This document shows, piece after piece, positions 62,821 to 64,000 of a stretch of DNA of 64,000 nucleotides (position 1 is the stretch's first letter; each line of letters starts with the position of its first letter). Both the position numbers and the translations under genes were made by a program. Under the pieces are notes generated by a model. It had not been told where the DNA came from. It saw only the letters and a program-made list of their open reading frames with translations, and did not search any database. The stretch lies in NCBI RefSeq assembly GCF_009914755.1, contig NC_060926.1; one strand, 5' to 3'. The stretch comes from the human T2T-CHM13v2.0 reference genome, Homo sapiens.

Positions 62821-63099
62821 GCATGGATTTCCTTTAAAGAATCAACAGTCAAGGCAAAAAAAAAACCAAAAAACCCTCCTAGTTATCCCATTTAAATGAA
62901 GACCATAAGCCATAATATAACTGAAACACGACTTGAGAGAGTTTGCAATTATATAACCCAGTAAAGTTTGGGGAGCGGTCCCATTGGCAAAAACTACTGG
63001 TTGCTTATCCAACAGCCCCAACCTCACTCTCACCTGGCACTTCCCTCCCAGCCACTTGGTTTTGTTCCCCTCCTCCCAGGCGCCATGTTCTGATGTTCC

Positions 63100-63550
63100 T
63101 TAAGTGAGGCAGAGGGTGGTTCTTGATTGGCTTGAGCCTATCACAGCTGTCTCATTCCTGGATTTCTGAGTGATGGTTTGGACAAACACTTGGATGTGAG
63201 TGGAGCAAATGAGATATGAGGGAAGTCTGCAAGAGGATTTGGGGGGAGAGTTTCCTCACTTTCAAAAGGGAACAGATGATAGGCACAGTTCCTTTTTCTA
63301 TGTAGGGATGCCATTCTATGAGTATGTGATGCTGCAGCCGTGTTATAACCAAGAGCCAATCACTGAACATGGCAGAGCGGAAAGATCGGGAGAACCAAGG
63401 TCCCTGATAGTATCACTGAACTTCTGAGCTAAGCCCGGGACTACCTTTACCCCCAGACTTCTTGTAATGAGAGGCAGTAAAAATTCTTATCTTAAGCCAA
63501 CCTGCAATGGGTTTTCTATTTCTTATGGTAAAAATGATCCTAACTGATAC
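63100..63550 (+). mobile_element. MLT1K-type LTR
   Basis: GGCAGAGCGGAAAGATCGGGAGAACCAAGGTCCCTGAT...CCAGACTTCTTGTAATGAGA...TCCTAACTGATACA. Confidence 0.75.
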
Positions 63551-64000
63551 ATTATTCAACTTGCCAAAACAAAGTTTTCTCTCAAGGGTAATTCTGAAAA
63601 TTTTCTGACACAGAACAAAATGTTCTAAAACCAATCATTACCCAGAAAATTGGTGTGTTCTGATACCTGATGCTTCAAAATTAGGGAAGACCTAGATCCC
63701 AGCAAATTTATTTCAGGTTTAAAAGACTGAAAACATTTGTTTGGAGTGAGATGCAGGATTGGATACCCTGTATCCGGTGTGGCATCCGCAAATTCTTCCT
63801 TCAAACCCAAAGTCCCTGAGGATAGGACAAATGAAAGAGAAAGTGATGGCTGGAACTAAGGTGGAGGGAAGGCACAGAACAGCTCTGCCAAGGGAGGCTG
63901 AGGAGGACACTGCATGTTAAAACACGAGACAGAGCCTCTGAGGGCTTTGTTTATTTTATGTATTCTTCTGCCTACTCAGAGATCACTTTATTATAAAATA

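Overview
Primate (human-like) nuclear DNA, intergenic or deep intronic. It is dominated by interspersed repeats: about 35 Alu/FLAM/FRAM copies, MIR, L1M and L2 fragments, MaLR/ERV1/ERVL LTR elements and hAT MITEs. No protein-coding exon, CpG island or CRISPR array can be supported; the listed ORFs are repeat-derived or chance. Non-repeat genic remnants are a 7SL retropseudogene (2479-2754, -), a U13/SNORD13 retropseudogene (4191-4303, -) and an unidentified ~190 bp polyadenylated retro-insert with TSDs (58229-58443, -). The most unusual structure is a ~330 bp, ~98% identical inverted templated copy of an Alu plus its THE1 flank inserted into a MER20 1.4 kb from its donor, next to other templated repair scars. 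A perfect palindromic IR-1 (FXR/RXR-type) element sits at 18436-18452 with nearby FOX and DR1 motifs. I see no convincing new biological system, only local rearrangement scars, retrocopies and candidate regulatory elements. Repeat family names come from recalled consensus sequences, so subfamily calls and old-element boundaries are approximate.
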